Below are positions 1-11,126 of a stretch of DNA of 36,882 bases, one piece after another; position 1 is the first letter of the stretch, and each line of letters starts with the position of its first letter. The DNA comes from Phoronis australis (Eukaryota; Animalia; Phoronida), in the NCBI GenBank assembly GCA_002633005.1, contig NMRA01000419.1, forward strand, positions 14,294-51,175, in the 5' to 3' direction. Position numbers and translations under genes: made by a program. Under the pieces are notes generated by a model. The model made no database searches, was not told where the DNA came from, and worked only from the letters and a program-made list of their open reading frames with translations.

Positions 1-439
1 AATTTCACTGTTTACAATTAATTTACAATAGTAAAACGTGTAATGTGAGTGTAATATTGTTCAATACAATGGCACTGATGGGACCATATTACTTGTTTTA
101 CAAAAAAGTCACCCAAACTGTTGTTTTTACAAATATAAGTTTACTAAGCTCTTTGGTGATTATTATGTAACTTCAAACTCAAATTTCTCAAAAATGTGCA
201 ACTTTATATGTGGGAACTTTTTAGATTTTGAAAACACTCTAATAAATGAATTAATAAACACTAAATTAAAATTGCCCCCCTAAAGTACTCACAAAAACCA
301 TTTTCTAGAGGCCCTACAAAATCTGGCCCACCGACTAATCTACATATCGTCGATAGAAATAGATGTGAGGACCAGTGTATGTCTCAATCCATGTTTTCTC
401 ATGGTGACCTAAAAACATGCCAGCTAGTATGGGAGCCAA

Positions 440-790
440 AGGTGAACCCATTGCTATACCATCAATTTGTAAATATTCACCTGCAGAGCTCCAATCATTG
501 TTATCAGCAGTGCTCTTTCAATGACTTTGCAATAATAGACCAGGCAGTAACAACAAAGGAGCTTAAAATTCGTGAGGCTTTACATATCAGTTGGTGCAAG
601 CCCAATCTCAATAGGCAACTGCCACACCACAGGTTGTCACTGTTGGTCTAGTTCATTGTCACTCCCTGTAACTGACTGTATCTGTGCTTCATTACTTGTT
701 GCTGGGCCTAGCTAGGTGGCCACTGTATTATGACTTCTGAGGATGGTGTTTAATAAATGACACCGAAACATGTCAAGTTTTAAAACCGTT
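440..790 (+). mobile_element. 3' fragment of a Penelope-like retroelement (GIY-YIG endonuclease C-terminus plus pLTR/3' UTR)
   Basis: ORF 379-651 ends HLQSSNHC..CSFNDFAIIDQA..KELKIREALHISWCKPNLNRQL, the typical Penelope GIY-YIG C-terminal motif (F.IID.A...LKIxEALHI...KP.LN). A hammerhead motif follows at 732-779. Boundaries are approximate. Confidence 0.75.
732..779 (+). ncRNA. Minimal type I hammerhead ribozyme (Penelope-associated)
   Basis: Helix I is GACTT(732-736)/AAGTT(775-779). Core CTGAGGA at 737-743 plus an extra T. Helix II is GGTGTT(745-750)/GACACC(759-764). GAAA at 765-768, short palindromic helix III (ACATGT), GTC cleavage triplet at 772-774. Confidence 0.7.
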
Positions 791-1170
791 GTTGTTTTCG
801 TGAACAAATCCTTTTGTCTGCGTTCCAATTTGTAGAAAGTTCTTTGATGGTTATTCATGGAACTTGGCATCAAGTGCTCCTTTTGTGTAGAGTACAGTTG
901 ATGGTAACTTAAGTTTTCTTTGCGATTGCCTCGATTTCCATCGAGTGTCTTGGTGGATGTTTGGGAAATTTGACAAGTAAATTACTGAGATGAAGACGAC
1001 GGCACCTGCCCCTTTTTTGACGGATTTGATCGGCAATATTGAGCACCTAGTGTTTTTTTACTTTTTTTAATGATCCCTTGTATCTGTAAAGTATGCGATG
1101 CACATGGTGGGCATTTGTCATCGCTTGCCTTGCTCTTATTCCATCTTCCTCAGGTATTTTTCTGTTTTAG

Positions 1171-1397
1171 ACAGACGATATAAAGAAACTGAAAGAAAGA
1201 CTCATCGGGAGTTGTTAGAAAAGTACGCATCAGTGGAAATGGGTGTTTGGTCGCCGGCAGATTGTATTTCCCGCCACAAGATGGCAGTTGTGGTGCCATA
1301 TAGAGATCGGGAAGACCACCTGCTGTTGTTCTTGGACACTATTCACTCATATCTGCAAAAACAGAAGATTAGTTACCTTCTCATAGTGGCTGAACAG
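1171..1397 (+). CDS. GT7 glycosyltransferase exon (first visible; alternative acceptor at 1154)
   Basis: Acceptor tttag|1171 or ctcag|1154. Encodes SPADCISRHKMAVVVPYRDREDHL...AEQ. Donor CAG|GTAAGA, phase 0. Confidence 0.85.
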
Positions 1398-4300
1398 GTA
1401 AGAGCTATACGACTGTATATGAACTATGATGATGAAATATAAGTCAACTAATATCTATTATGGCACAAGTCAAACGCTCTGGTCTGGTAAACGCTCGCTT
1501 TCGTACGGCAGCGGTCTTGTTGTCCATGAGGAATGTTAAACTATGTTTTTGGGACTCGGAATTGAAACTGTAACATGTATGAGCACGCGTTCACTGTCTA
1601 GCTTTGCAAAGCTGTGTATGCCTTCTGTCAATTATTCGTTCAGACTGATAAATCGCGTTAATTAAATTTGTCTCAAAATATATTGTAACTCAAATAGGGA
1701 AGATTCCTTAGTTTCGGGGAAACCAACAATTCGGTAATGTTCGTAAGCCTATTCAGGGCATCAGGCGAGTTCTGTGGCACGACATCTTGCTGAACATTGT
1801 CTTTCTCCGTTAATCATGAGTAAAGAAAACTAAAGTGATTTCATAATTGTATCCTACACGTAAGTGGTCAGCGAGCACACTATGGTTGCTTTTCACAGGT
1901 CAACGGGTGCACTAAAACTGCCACAACTTCGCCTCACTTTGTCTTTAATAATACGCATTGCATTCAGAATCTAATGCAAGTATAATGTACTGCAGCTCAT
2001 CAGAACAAAATTTATGACACTGCGACAAAACATAATCGATAATTGCCGCAAAGCCGAAGTCCAAGTTTGGCGTCGACAGGCCGAAAATATTTACTGTATA
2101 AGCGATGGAAGCCGGAGGGAGTGAAATTAATCCGACGGTGACGGACAGACTTATCCAGGCGTGCGTTCAGTAAACGCTAGGACCTACGCTAGGACCTAGC
2201 TAAAACCTAGTCAAAGTCACGTGTTCTCATTTAACGTGCACAGCTATATCTCACGTAATCTCGCGAAGTCTTACTTTTTAGCGAGGTCCCAGCGTTACTG
2301 AACGGGAGGCAGGTTAAGCCGACGAACCGTCACCGAGGCCAAAGGCCATTACGAAACTGGCCAGCCTCCCTCCGCGTCTGCGAAAAACGGCCGCGAGAAA
2401 AAAAGAACAATTCGAATCTAAGTAAAAGCGAGGTACACTACCTGGGACAAAGGCGGTACCGAAATAGGCTCAATGAAGGAGTGGAACGGGGGAGACGGAA
2501 TTTGTGTGAACTTTCCGTTTTATATTATGGATAAATGTCTGCGGAGATTGTCGGTGCGTATGAGAGTTGCGCGCTGCTCGTGTTTTAAAGTCCTTCTCTC
2601 ACGCGTTGTTAACCCTTATTACATGGTTAGAAGATGTTATAAGGATCCAAGAAGTACCTACCCCATAACTAATACACGATCCGTACTCGAAAAAAGTTTA
2701 AATGAACGCGCCACTCATGATTCGCTCCTGAAGAACCACCGCCATTTTGAACTTTCCGCGAACCCGGAAGTACAATTCATTCAGGAACCCAGGCTGAGAA
2801 AACGCCGTCAGTGCGACTGGAGCAGTGCCTGTACTGTTACCAGCCAGCAAACGGGGATAAAAAAATCGACAGCGCGCCTTAATTTTGATAAAATCAAACT
2901 ACGGACAATTTTATGGAATTTGCTGAAGAAATGTGGCGAATAAATTTTGACAGAAATTATTTTGCCAGACTCGGGACCGCAGCCTATCGGACCCGGTGCG
3001 GATCGAGACCAGACACTGGCGAACGGTAAATGCATGCGGTTGCAAGCTGTTTTGTCGAAGTAAAATGGTCAAATGATAAATGCTGCATATATTCAAGGGT
3101 AGTTTCAGATACTTGCATGAAATTACGGGCTGGTTAGTCCTGTGTCACACTGCCGCGGCAGACCTTAGTTAGCCTCAGTCACCAGCAACCAGTGAAGACT
3201 ATAGTCAAAATACAGCTTGTTAGTAGGCCTACATGGAGACAGCTTTGCGCCAAGACTACCCTTAGGCCTAACTGGTCGCTGGCCACAAACACAAAAAACA
3301 CGAAAATTGAACAAAGTTTCTTTTTTGTAGCAACGTTTGTCAAAATGTATCAACGTTAAATCTTCACAAATTACAAAGTAGCCGATTGAACATGCCTTTC
3401 AGTTCAGCAAAAGTCGACATTGTAGGTGCCGCCAGAAATGAGACGAAGTCCAACGGGAATTGTGAGCACATTTATCACTTAATGAGTAACAACTGCGAGG
3501 CTGAAATTTGGTGAACACTGCTAAATCGTGCAGAATAGTAAGTAAAGATATGTCTAACTAAATTTCACCGTAATTTGTTGGCGAAAACAATTTACACAAA
3601 GTTTTAAACTCGTAACTCATCCCGCTGTCCTCCAATATGGCCGACGCGATCCAAACAAAGTGACCCAAATTTCGCCACAAAACTTGCAATAACTTTACAG
3701 TGCTTGCCCCGATTTTGATACTTTTTCGATTTTTACTGAGTAGAATGTACTACCTTTCCGATGATAGCAAAGTACTTTTTCAAAACGAGGAAAAAAATAA
3801 AAACCAAAAAAATTGGTTCGACCCATATTGGTTCCTAGGTTCGACCGGCCTACGTAAGGAACTAAACACCAATGCTATTTTAACATACTAAGTACGCGTA
3901 ACATTCCAAAAAAATCAACGACCACTAACTACAAACTATAAATACACTACATATGCAAACGAATCACGATATATTACTAATAAAACAAAATAATGAAGAC
4001 TTTTCGAGCAAGCCATAGCACATTCAGTTACAAGGAAAAAATGGCGGCGTTCAGGACAAGTTCCTGAACTGATGAGCCGGAAATGTGGGTACGGAAATAC
4101 CCGATGACAACCGGTAATCATACGCTCAGAGAGAAGGGTCAAATACTGTTAAAAAATCGCTTTTGGCAAGAAAGGAGAAAAGAGTATAAAGAAAGAGTTT
4201 CGAAATTAAGAATTTATGTAGTAAGTATTTTCGGATACTGGAACCACATGGGCAGTTTGAGAGAAGGACTTTAAATACAAAGTAACGACGCCTGTTGGGC

Positions 4301-7300
4301 TAATCAAATCACGACTTTCCAAATAGGGAAGTTAATACACTCAGGAACGTGGCTGAGTTTGTGCTTCACAAGTAGACAATGGCCATCGTCTCTATCCAGA
4401 ATAGAGACGCTATTCTGGATAGAGACGATGGTCATTGTCTACTTCACAAGAAGCTGACTGCGCGTTGTGGGCCGGAACGAGGCTATCAGCTTGTTGACGC
4501 CACTGGGCACGCCTTAGTTTGGTATGGGAAGCAGCCGAAAGAGTATTAAATAGCAAATCCTTAACTGTCTGGTTATGTCAAATTAATTGTGAACTTTATT
4601 TCAACAGGGACAACCACAAACATTCAACAAAGCCAAACTAATGAATGCAGCGTTTGTGGAGAGTAAGAAACTAAGCGATTTTGACTGTGTACTCTTCCAC
4701 GACATTGATTTGATCCCTGAGGATGAGACCAACCTGTACACATGCACGGATACTGTGCGACACCAAGGTGTCGCAATCAACATCTTTGACTACAAGTAGG
4801 TGTTGTATAGTTGGAGATTGCCTCCACTAAGTGTGTGTTCACAAACATTTAAATGAAAGTAAAATCCCCGTATTTGTAACCCTAATTTTTTGTTCATGTT
4901 ATGGGGTGGAACCATTTTTGTTTCTTTAATAAGGCGAGTTAGCAACTTACTAGTACTAAAATGGATTTTAAGAGGTGATATGCTGCAACAGTTGGCCACA
5001 GTTGAGAAAAATTTTGCCTGGACCAGTGCGATTAGTATTTAATTACAAGGTTACCTTGTCGCTTTGTATTGGATCAAGCATTTCCTTAAGAAATTTCGTT
5101 ATTCAAAGGCTCGCATATCATGTGCACTTTAGTTGCATTTAATTGTACATGTAGACTGATTGGGTTTGGAAGAGATCAAGTAATAGTTAGGTTGTTGGCG
5201 ATTTTAGAGTTGATGTTGCCCCCTGTATCTTGGAATTCCTTGGCTGATTTTCATAAAATTTGCATTATGGATAACGATGTCTTTCCGATTTAAGTCGAGT
5301 TAAACGTATTGTGTCCCTTCTAAAGGCCGTTTTATGATACTAAGAACACTCCTGGAACCACACCGTGAGCGGTGAAGTCGTGGGCGCATTTCACGGCTTG
5401 CTCTTGTTAAAACTACTGTTGCCCCTGACTGCTCTTGTGATAATGCTGTTTTTTTGTAAACCAAATCCATAGCAGGTCGACAATTTATTTCCTCAACCAT
5501 AACATTTATTTGGGTGATGTTGAAACAATGTATATAAGACACTAGGGGCGCTTAAAGAATAGGTCTTGACAATGTGTTGTTGAAAAATGCTTCACCTTTG
5601 TCAAAGACAAATTCCTGCCTTGCAGGTCTGTTGGAGATAAATTTATTGGTGGCGTCACCGTCTTCCGGAAAGAGATCTTCGAGAAAATTGATGGTTATTC
5701 CAACAAGTTTTGGGGTTGGGGCGGCGAGGATGACAATCTGTATTGGAGGTAATTTTTTAGAGAATCTTCATACTGGCAATTATACTCAATGAAGGCGTTG
5801 AAAGTGGATGCCACTTCATTTGAATTGGTCGAAACAAACCAATTTGAGAACGAAGAAACCTGCTAAACACAGCATACGCATGTCAAAAGTGAGAGCGTGT
5901 GTCCACCCAAAGAGAGAAAGCTCCGCGCCCATTGAACAACAGCGCGTTCTCACATCAGTTTCAAAGTGACCTCCGCGAAAGCAGTTGCTTGTAATTCTGT
6001 GCGAGAACCGTCACTTTTACTGGAGACAAGCTTTGAAAATACGAATTAATGGAAGTTTGATAAGTCTGAAGACCAAAACAAGTTGCTCTGTGCCCGGTTG
6101 CAAGAAACAGTCCCTAATTAGGGCCTTAACCAAATTCCCAAACTAGTTAGGGAAGTTCCTATAAAAATTTTTGTTTTAGGACTGTTGCATGAAGAGGTCC
6201 TACACTCTGTCCTTATTGGGATTGCCCTAAATCCGAAGTAAGTTCCCAAAGCCGTGACTAAGGTCGCTTAATATGGCAAAAATTGCTATCAACGAGAGAA
6301 TACCTGTCGCATTTACGTCCTCTGTTCCACTTTTTGAGTGATTGTTTGAGTAGAGAGCACACTCAATGTGCATTATCTGAGAATTCGAGTTTCTACTGCT
6401 GTTGAGAGAGCAGACGATCGATTGTGGCCGCACACGCTAATGTAAATTAAAAAACAGCGAACTGATGTCGATATTCATTGATGGATTGTGCTATGCCTTG
6501 TATGTCAAAAAAGAAGCTCTAATTTTCGGTAGGTAGTGTCAAAAACAAGAGCAAAACGAGACTCGCCTCGTTTTCCACACCAGCATGGAACCCGTTCCTT
6601 TATATTTTGAGTTTCGACACAAAATCAACTTCGGCTATTCTAGTCAAATTTTTGACTTCTCGCTAAATTGAGTAGATAAAAGCTACATGTAATAGTCTTT
6701 TCGAGAAACAGACTGTGATCTATCTATAATGTAAAAAGACTGTGATCTGTCTATAATGTAAACTATTGTTGAACCCTTTCTGGGAACCCTTGAGGGACCA
6801 GAACATGTACACAACAAGAATTGCTGGAGTTGTTAAACTGATGTTGTGTTTTTACAGGGTGCGCCAAAACAATATTTCCTTCCATAGAGCTCCCTTTAGT
6901 ATAGCTAAGTACCACATGTTGGTGCATGAACGGGACACGCATAACCCAATTAACAAGGACAGGTATGTTGAATGTTTTGTTCTAAAAATTCTGTATTGTA
7001 TTATTATCCAAATGTATGAGAATTCATCTCCTCTGTCCAAATTCTCTTTGCAGAGAGATGCCATATTCTTTAATTAGTTTAAAACTGGTGCAGGATCCTG
7101 ACTACTAATAACTACATGTACTTCTGGAACTGAAGGCCATACATCAACTAGTGGCCCCTGGATGTTATTGTTTTTGTGGAGTCACTATCTATCTTTGGTA
7201 ATCCAGTCAGGTTTTGTGATTTATAGGTACACAGTGATGTTAAATTTAGAAAATATTTGAGCTCCCGTACACATTGTTCATGTTTCCTTCATTACGTTTT

Positions 7301-7425
7301 CCAGATTTAAGCTCATGAATTCAACATTTACTGGCGACGGTTTGAGCACATTAAAGTACAAGATATTGTTACTACGACAGAAGAAGCTTTATGTTTGGAT
7401 GCTACTAGATTTGAGGGAGTCTTGA
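1171..7425 (+). CDS. B4GALT: GT7 beta-1,4-galactosyltransferase / bre-4-family glycosyltransferase, 5'-partial; join(1171..1397,4608..4795,5626..5748,6858..6962,7305..7425)
   Basis: GT-AG exons join in frame and give VVVPYRDREDHL, FNKAKLMN, FHDIDLIP (DxD), FIGGV, WGWGGEDD, MLVH (M344/H347 metal ligands) and DGLSTLKY, then TGA at 7423-7425. The symbol is family level only. The TM/stem exon(s) were not identified in the window. Confidence 0.93.
2158..2310. mobile_element. MITE family A, copy 1 (possibly PIF/Harbinger-like)
   Basis: Imperfect TIRs (gcgtgcgttcagtaaacgctaggacct / aggtcccagcgttactgaacgggaggc). A closely similar second copy lies at 9287-9512. TSD not clear. Confidence 0.6.
2589..4270 (+). 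mobile_element. Non-autonomous TIR DNA transposon, Kolobok-like, copy 1 (full length)
   Basis: Perfect 13-bp TIR AGTCCTTCTCTCA / TGAGAGAAGGACT with TTAA on both sides (2585-2588, 4271-4274). AG...CT termini with a TTAA TSD fit Kolobok rather than piggyBac (CCC/CAC ends). Related copies lie at 12188-14977 and 16515-17708. Confidence 0.85.
4373..4441. mobile_element. 69-bp hairpin mini-transposon with 9-bp TSD
   Basis: Almost entirely palindromic TAGACAATGG...TCATTGTCTA with a 5-nt loop. Direct repeat CTTCACAAG at 4364-4372 and 4442-4450. Confidence 0.8.
4608..4795 (+). CDS. GT7 glycosyltransferase exon (DxD motif)
   Basis: Acceptor caacag|. Encodes GQPQTFNKAKLMNAAFVESKKLSDFDCVLFHDIDLIPEDETNLYTCTDTVRHQGVAINIFDYK. 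Donor AA|GTAGGT. Confidence 0.92.
5626..5748 (+). CDS. GT7 glycosyltransferase exon (WGWGGEDD motif)
   Basis: Acceptor ttgcag|. Encodes SVGDKFIGGVTVFRKEIFEKIDGYSNKFWGWGGEDDNLYWR. Donor AG|GTAATT. Confidence 0.93.
6087..6200. mobile_element. Degenerate small MITE (Harbinger-like ends)
   Basis: Imperfect inverted ends gcccggttgcaagaaacagtccctaa / ttaggactgttgcatgaagaggtcc. No TSD verified. Confidence 0.3.
6858..6962 (+). CDS. GT7 glycosyltransferase exon (flexible loop)
   Basis: Acceptor ttacag|. Encodes VRQNNISFHRAPFSIAKYHMLVHERDTHNPINKDR. Donor AG|GTATGT. Confidence 0.9.
7305..7425 (+). CDS. GT7 glycosyltransferase last coding exon
   Basis: Acceptor ttccag|. Encodes FKLMNSTFTGDGLSTLKYKILLLRQKKLYVWMLLDLRES, then stop. 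Confidence 0.88.
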
Positions 7426-7779
7426 CCATCAGACTGAGTCCACGTCAAGTATAATTTCAAGCAGTTGTTTTGTTACATTCCACGTCAGTTGATGACGTTA
7501 AACATAGTCTGTTAATTGTGAATATAAAATGGTGCCAAAGCATTTTTTTGCGTTCAACCGTCATTGTGGTCTGAAGATGGTAAATCATAGGGGTATGAAG
7601 GTTTGGTTTAGTGGAGGCAAACTTTTGTGAGCTCAATCTTCCCCTAGTCGACTCCCAAGTTTTGCCTTCACCGCCACTCCGTTTATTATCAGGGCAACAC
7701 CCCCCCCCCTCCCCCGTTGTCCTATCGTCACCTCCCCCTGTCGTTGTCGATTTCTGTTAGTATAAATAAGCCATATCTA

Positions 7780-8870
7780 TATCTATACAGTATCTAAGAA
7801 ATGTTTATATTTTTTTACAACTGAAGAACTAGAAGAAAATTGTGTTCATGTCAATATGTCGAAACCAAATATGATACGTCTTCCGAAAAGAGGATATGTA
7901 TGAAAATTGAAAATACTTTGGTGAAACAGTGCACACGACTTCAGAATTTAGGTATTTTGTTATTAAGTTTCATCCTCAAAAGTGAAAGCGTGGAAAACAT
8001 GTCGCTGACAAAGCAGCAGAGGCTATATTTGATAACAGCACGTGACTAAAGATGTTTGCCATAAAAATGTTAATGATGTTGTATTGATCTGACATTTTGG
8101 GGATTTCTCCTGTACGAGTCATTGAAAGTGTGCACAATAGATTTTATAGTTTTTTTATTGCAACCTGGTCCGTCTGTCTCACACTGCAATGGGAGTACAG
8201 CTTGGTAAAATGACTATTAGTTTACATCTGTTGCCGAGACTTGTTGAATACTAGTTAAATGTTGTTAAATTTTTAAGTTCTCGGTACTTAAACGTGTGCT
8301 ATAGAGTGCAATATGAGTTGACTGTGCAAAATAATTTTGCTGGAGGGTAAGTAAAACACCATTGTTATTTGCACAGGGTTTGGAGTTGTCTGGCCTACTG
8401 GTGTAGGTAGTTACAACACTTTCATAGCGAAAATTTCAACAACGGTGCTGGGAACTTAACATCCAGGATTGGAGAAACAGTATATTTTCTGTTATTAGAA
8501 GTTGAAATTGTTAAAAATAACTTAGCTGTTGAAAATACATAGCATGTTTAGAAAATAGTTCTCACAGAGTAGCCTTCGTAGGATTTAGATGTTCAATGCA
8601 TTCTTTGTTCATAGCTAAGGGAATGTTTAGTGATCTTAATAGCGATGAGAGGATATGTCCCTTCTGTAATAGAGGATGGTGGTATCAGAAATACACTTAT
8701 TCTGGAGTGTAATCTTTATTCGGATTTACATGTGCAACTTTTACCTTGATTTGATAACCCGGACGAAATATACATACTGGGTCATATGCATTCACAAATA
8801 CCTTGCGAAATTGTTTAAAAATTTGATAGAATGATGAAAAACATCGGAATGGCTGTCGCGTAGGTACGCA
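7780..8870 (+). mobile_element. Decayed non-LTR retrotransposon 3' part (post-RT region and C-terminal zinc knuckle; RTE-X-like)
   Basis: Frameshifted remnants: VFRKxG (about 7878), HVADKAAEAIF, IESVHNRF, GFGVVW, and HRVAFVGFRCSMHSLFIAKGMFSDLNSDERICPFCN..EIH.ILECNLYSDL (about 8560-8730). Many stops and frameshifts. Confidence 0.75.
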
Positions 8871-9286
8871 ACCCTCAATTTGACTGAGGGATGAGAACAG
8901 TGCGTTTGATACAGATGTGGTATATTTGCAGACATTTAACACATACTCAGGTAGCTGTGAACTGATGTAAATTCATAGGGACTGTATCCCCAACTGTTGG
9001 TTCACGCGCCGTCCAAGTTGAGTTGCTGTCCAAACACAGCTCACTTCCGGTCTCTGTCGCCTTCCGCTGAACTGACTAAATGTCCGGCTTCAAAGAGGAA
9101 CGGAGGTACACAAACCAGTGATATCGGGTTTTCAGCATAATACCGGCTTCTCTTGATTGAGAAAGTCTCGAGTATGACGCAGAGACAGTGCAATCCCCCG
9201 CTCTTTGCACCTCCTTAGACGTGACTTACTGAACTCGGGCATCCGTGATAAACGAGGTCACGTCCGCACTCCGCACTCACAAACCA

Positions 9287-9512
9287 GGCGTGCGTTCTGT
9301 AGACGCTAGGACTTACGCTAGGACCTAGCTAAAAGCCTCGCTGGTTCCCTGCGTGCTTAGCCCAGCCGCCCCACCTAGCGGCACGCAGGGAACCAGCGAG
9401 GCTAAAAGCTAGTCAAAGTCACGTGCTCTCTTTTAAAATGCACGGCAATATCTCACGTAATCTCGCGAAGTCTTGCTTTTTGCGAGGTTCTAGCGTTACT
9501 GAATGGGAGGCC
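9287..9512. mobile_element. MITE family A, copy 2, interrupted by a hairpin insertion
   Basis: Aligns end to end with 2158-2310 apart from the 9334-9403 insert. Confidence 0.65.
9334..9403. mobile_element. 70-bp hairpin mini-transposon nested in MITE A
   Basis: Perfect 23-bp arms AGCCTCGCTGGTTCCCTGCGTGC / GCACGCAGGGAACCAGCGAGGCT. The empty site in copy 1 (ctaaaacc) implies a 3-bp AAA duplication. Confidence 0.75.
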
Positions 9513-10972
9513 GATTGAACACCCGCATTGTTCGTCACATCTTCCACCATACGCAGATCTCAGATTACATTGCCACTACCAGATGGCGCACACAAGTGCA
9601 GCGCAACGAACACCACTAGGGAGTAATGACTGGCAATATCTAACGTGACAATGGGTTCCTTGAAATACATTAGTTGGACTACGATATCCTGTCCTGTCTA
9701 TAAGTTACTTACTCAATGTGGACTAGATGCTTGTCTCAAGAATTGAAGCCTAATACTTAAATTGACGAATTTCAGTCATGTGACTAACTGTATCAAGAAG
9801 ACGTGCTTCCAAAGCAATATGTAGAACCATAGAAAAAATTAACATGTCAAAATTTAGCGAACTTCGGAACATCTGATCCCTGTTATAGTCTTAGTCATAT
9901 AAAACATTCCGATACGATGCTTTGTGCACTGTTCTCCAAACCCATTGGTTATTACTTACGTTTTAAAATGTTCCACTTTTGCATGAGGGGCTGCCCAAAA
10001 GGTACAGATGCTTTTATGACGAATCTCAAAATTTGCATGAATCGAAAGCGAAATAATTTAGAAAACGGTTTCTGCGTTTTTGAAATTTTATCGTCAAATG
10101 AAGATTGTCCATGTTTTTGAATGTTGCCTTTGTTTTCGGCCTATAAATGTACTATTTTCTTTTTTCCTAAATTTACATGCTCACGTGACCTATTGCTGAA
10201 TTCTACAGATTTTCAACTTATAGAATTTAGTTAAAATCTAGATGTGTAGATATTCAGCTAAATCAACAAGATTGTCTATAAGGTCATACTTAACCTTAAG
10301 GGCTATTAAGTAAGGTTATCTCTAACGTGGGCCGGGAATTCCGAAGAAAAAGAGGGAGAAACAGCATCCCCGTCGTCGAAATGAAGATGGGGAACACCGT
10401 GTTGGGTCTTCGGTCGTAGTTATGTTAGTGACAACGTCTCCCTCGCAAACAACAGCTGGGAAAAGTTGGGTAAGAAAAGAAAAGACGATTGGACAAAGAG
10501 GTTCATTTAAGTGAAAGTTTCAAATTTCAGCTTTTAAAAACGTGGAGTCTTCCTTTTCCGCTTGTGATAAATTTGCAGAACGCTAACTGCATATTTCTTC
10601 AATAAATGCTTGGAGAAGAGGATCGACAGTCACATGTATTTCAACACTCACGAGCCTTTCTCGTTCATGGCGTTCATTTCAACTCGAGTAAAAATGGCAA
10701 ATTAAAACCACTTTTTAACTAAGATGAATGAAGTTTCAAATCAGTGAATTACGGCCTATTTTGTTTTGGCGAGACCTCAATTAATAAAGCCAGAGCCGCT
10801 GCACATGTAAATGTATAGAAATAATTTTTGTATTGGGCGCAACTTCAATAGTTGCAAGTCTTATGTTATCTTTGTAGTCATGTTCAGGGTTGCGTGACCG
10901 TGAAAATAATCACCGAGCAGCAGCTATAGAATGACCATGACCGTCACCACGCAATACATGTAACTAAGTATA

Positions 10973-11126
10973 CACGGGCGGATCCAGGATTTTGAGTTGG
11001 GGGGGGCAGAGTATTAGCCAGGATTTCGCCCGTCAGAAATTCGCTCCACCGAACTGCCAAATGGAATCTAGGAGAATGTTGAGGGGTGAGCATGGCCCAT
11101 TTGCACCCCCTCTAAATCTACCACTG
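10973..11126 (-). mobile_element. MITE family B, copy 1
   Basis: Ends CACGGGCGGAT...ATCTACCACTG. Reverse-complement homolog of 14507-14670. TSD not preserved. Confidence 0.7.

Noticed and set aside
2473-2943. 156-aa ORF and its counterpart at 16507-16785
   Set aside because: The ORFs run across the TIR of the Kolobok-like element, an indel breaks the frame between copies, and no domain is recognisable.
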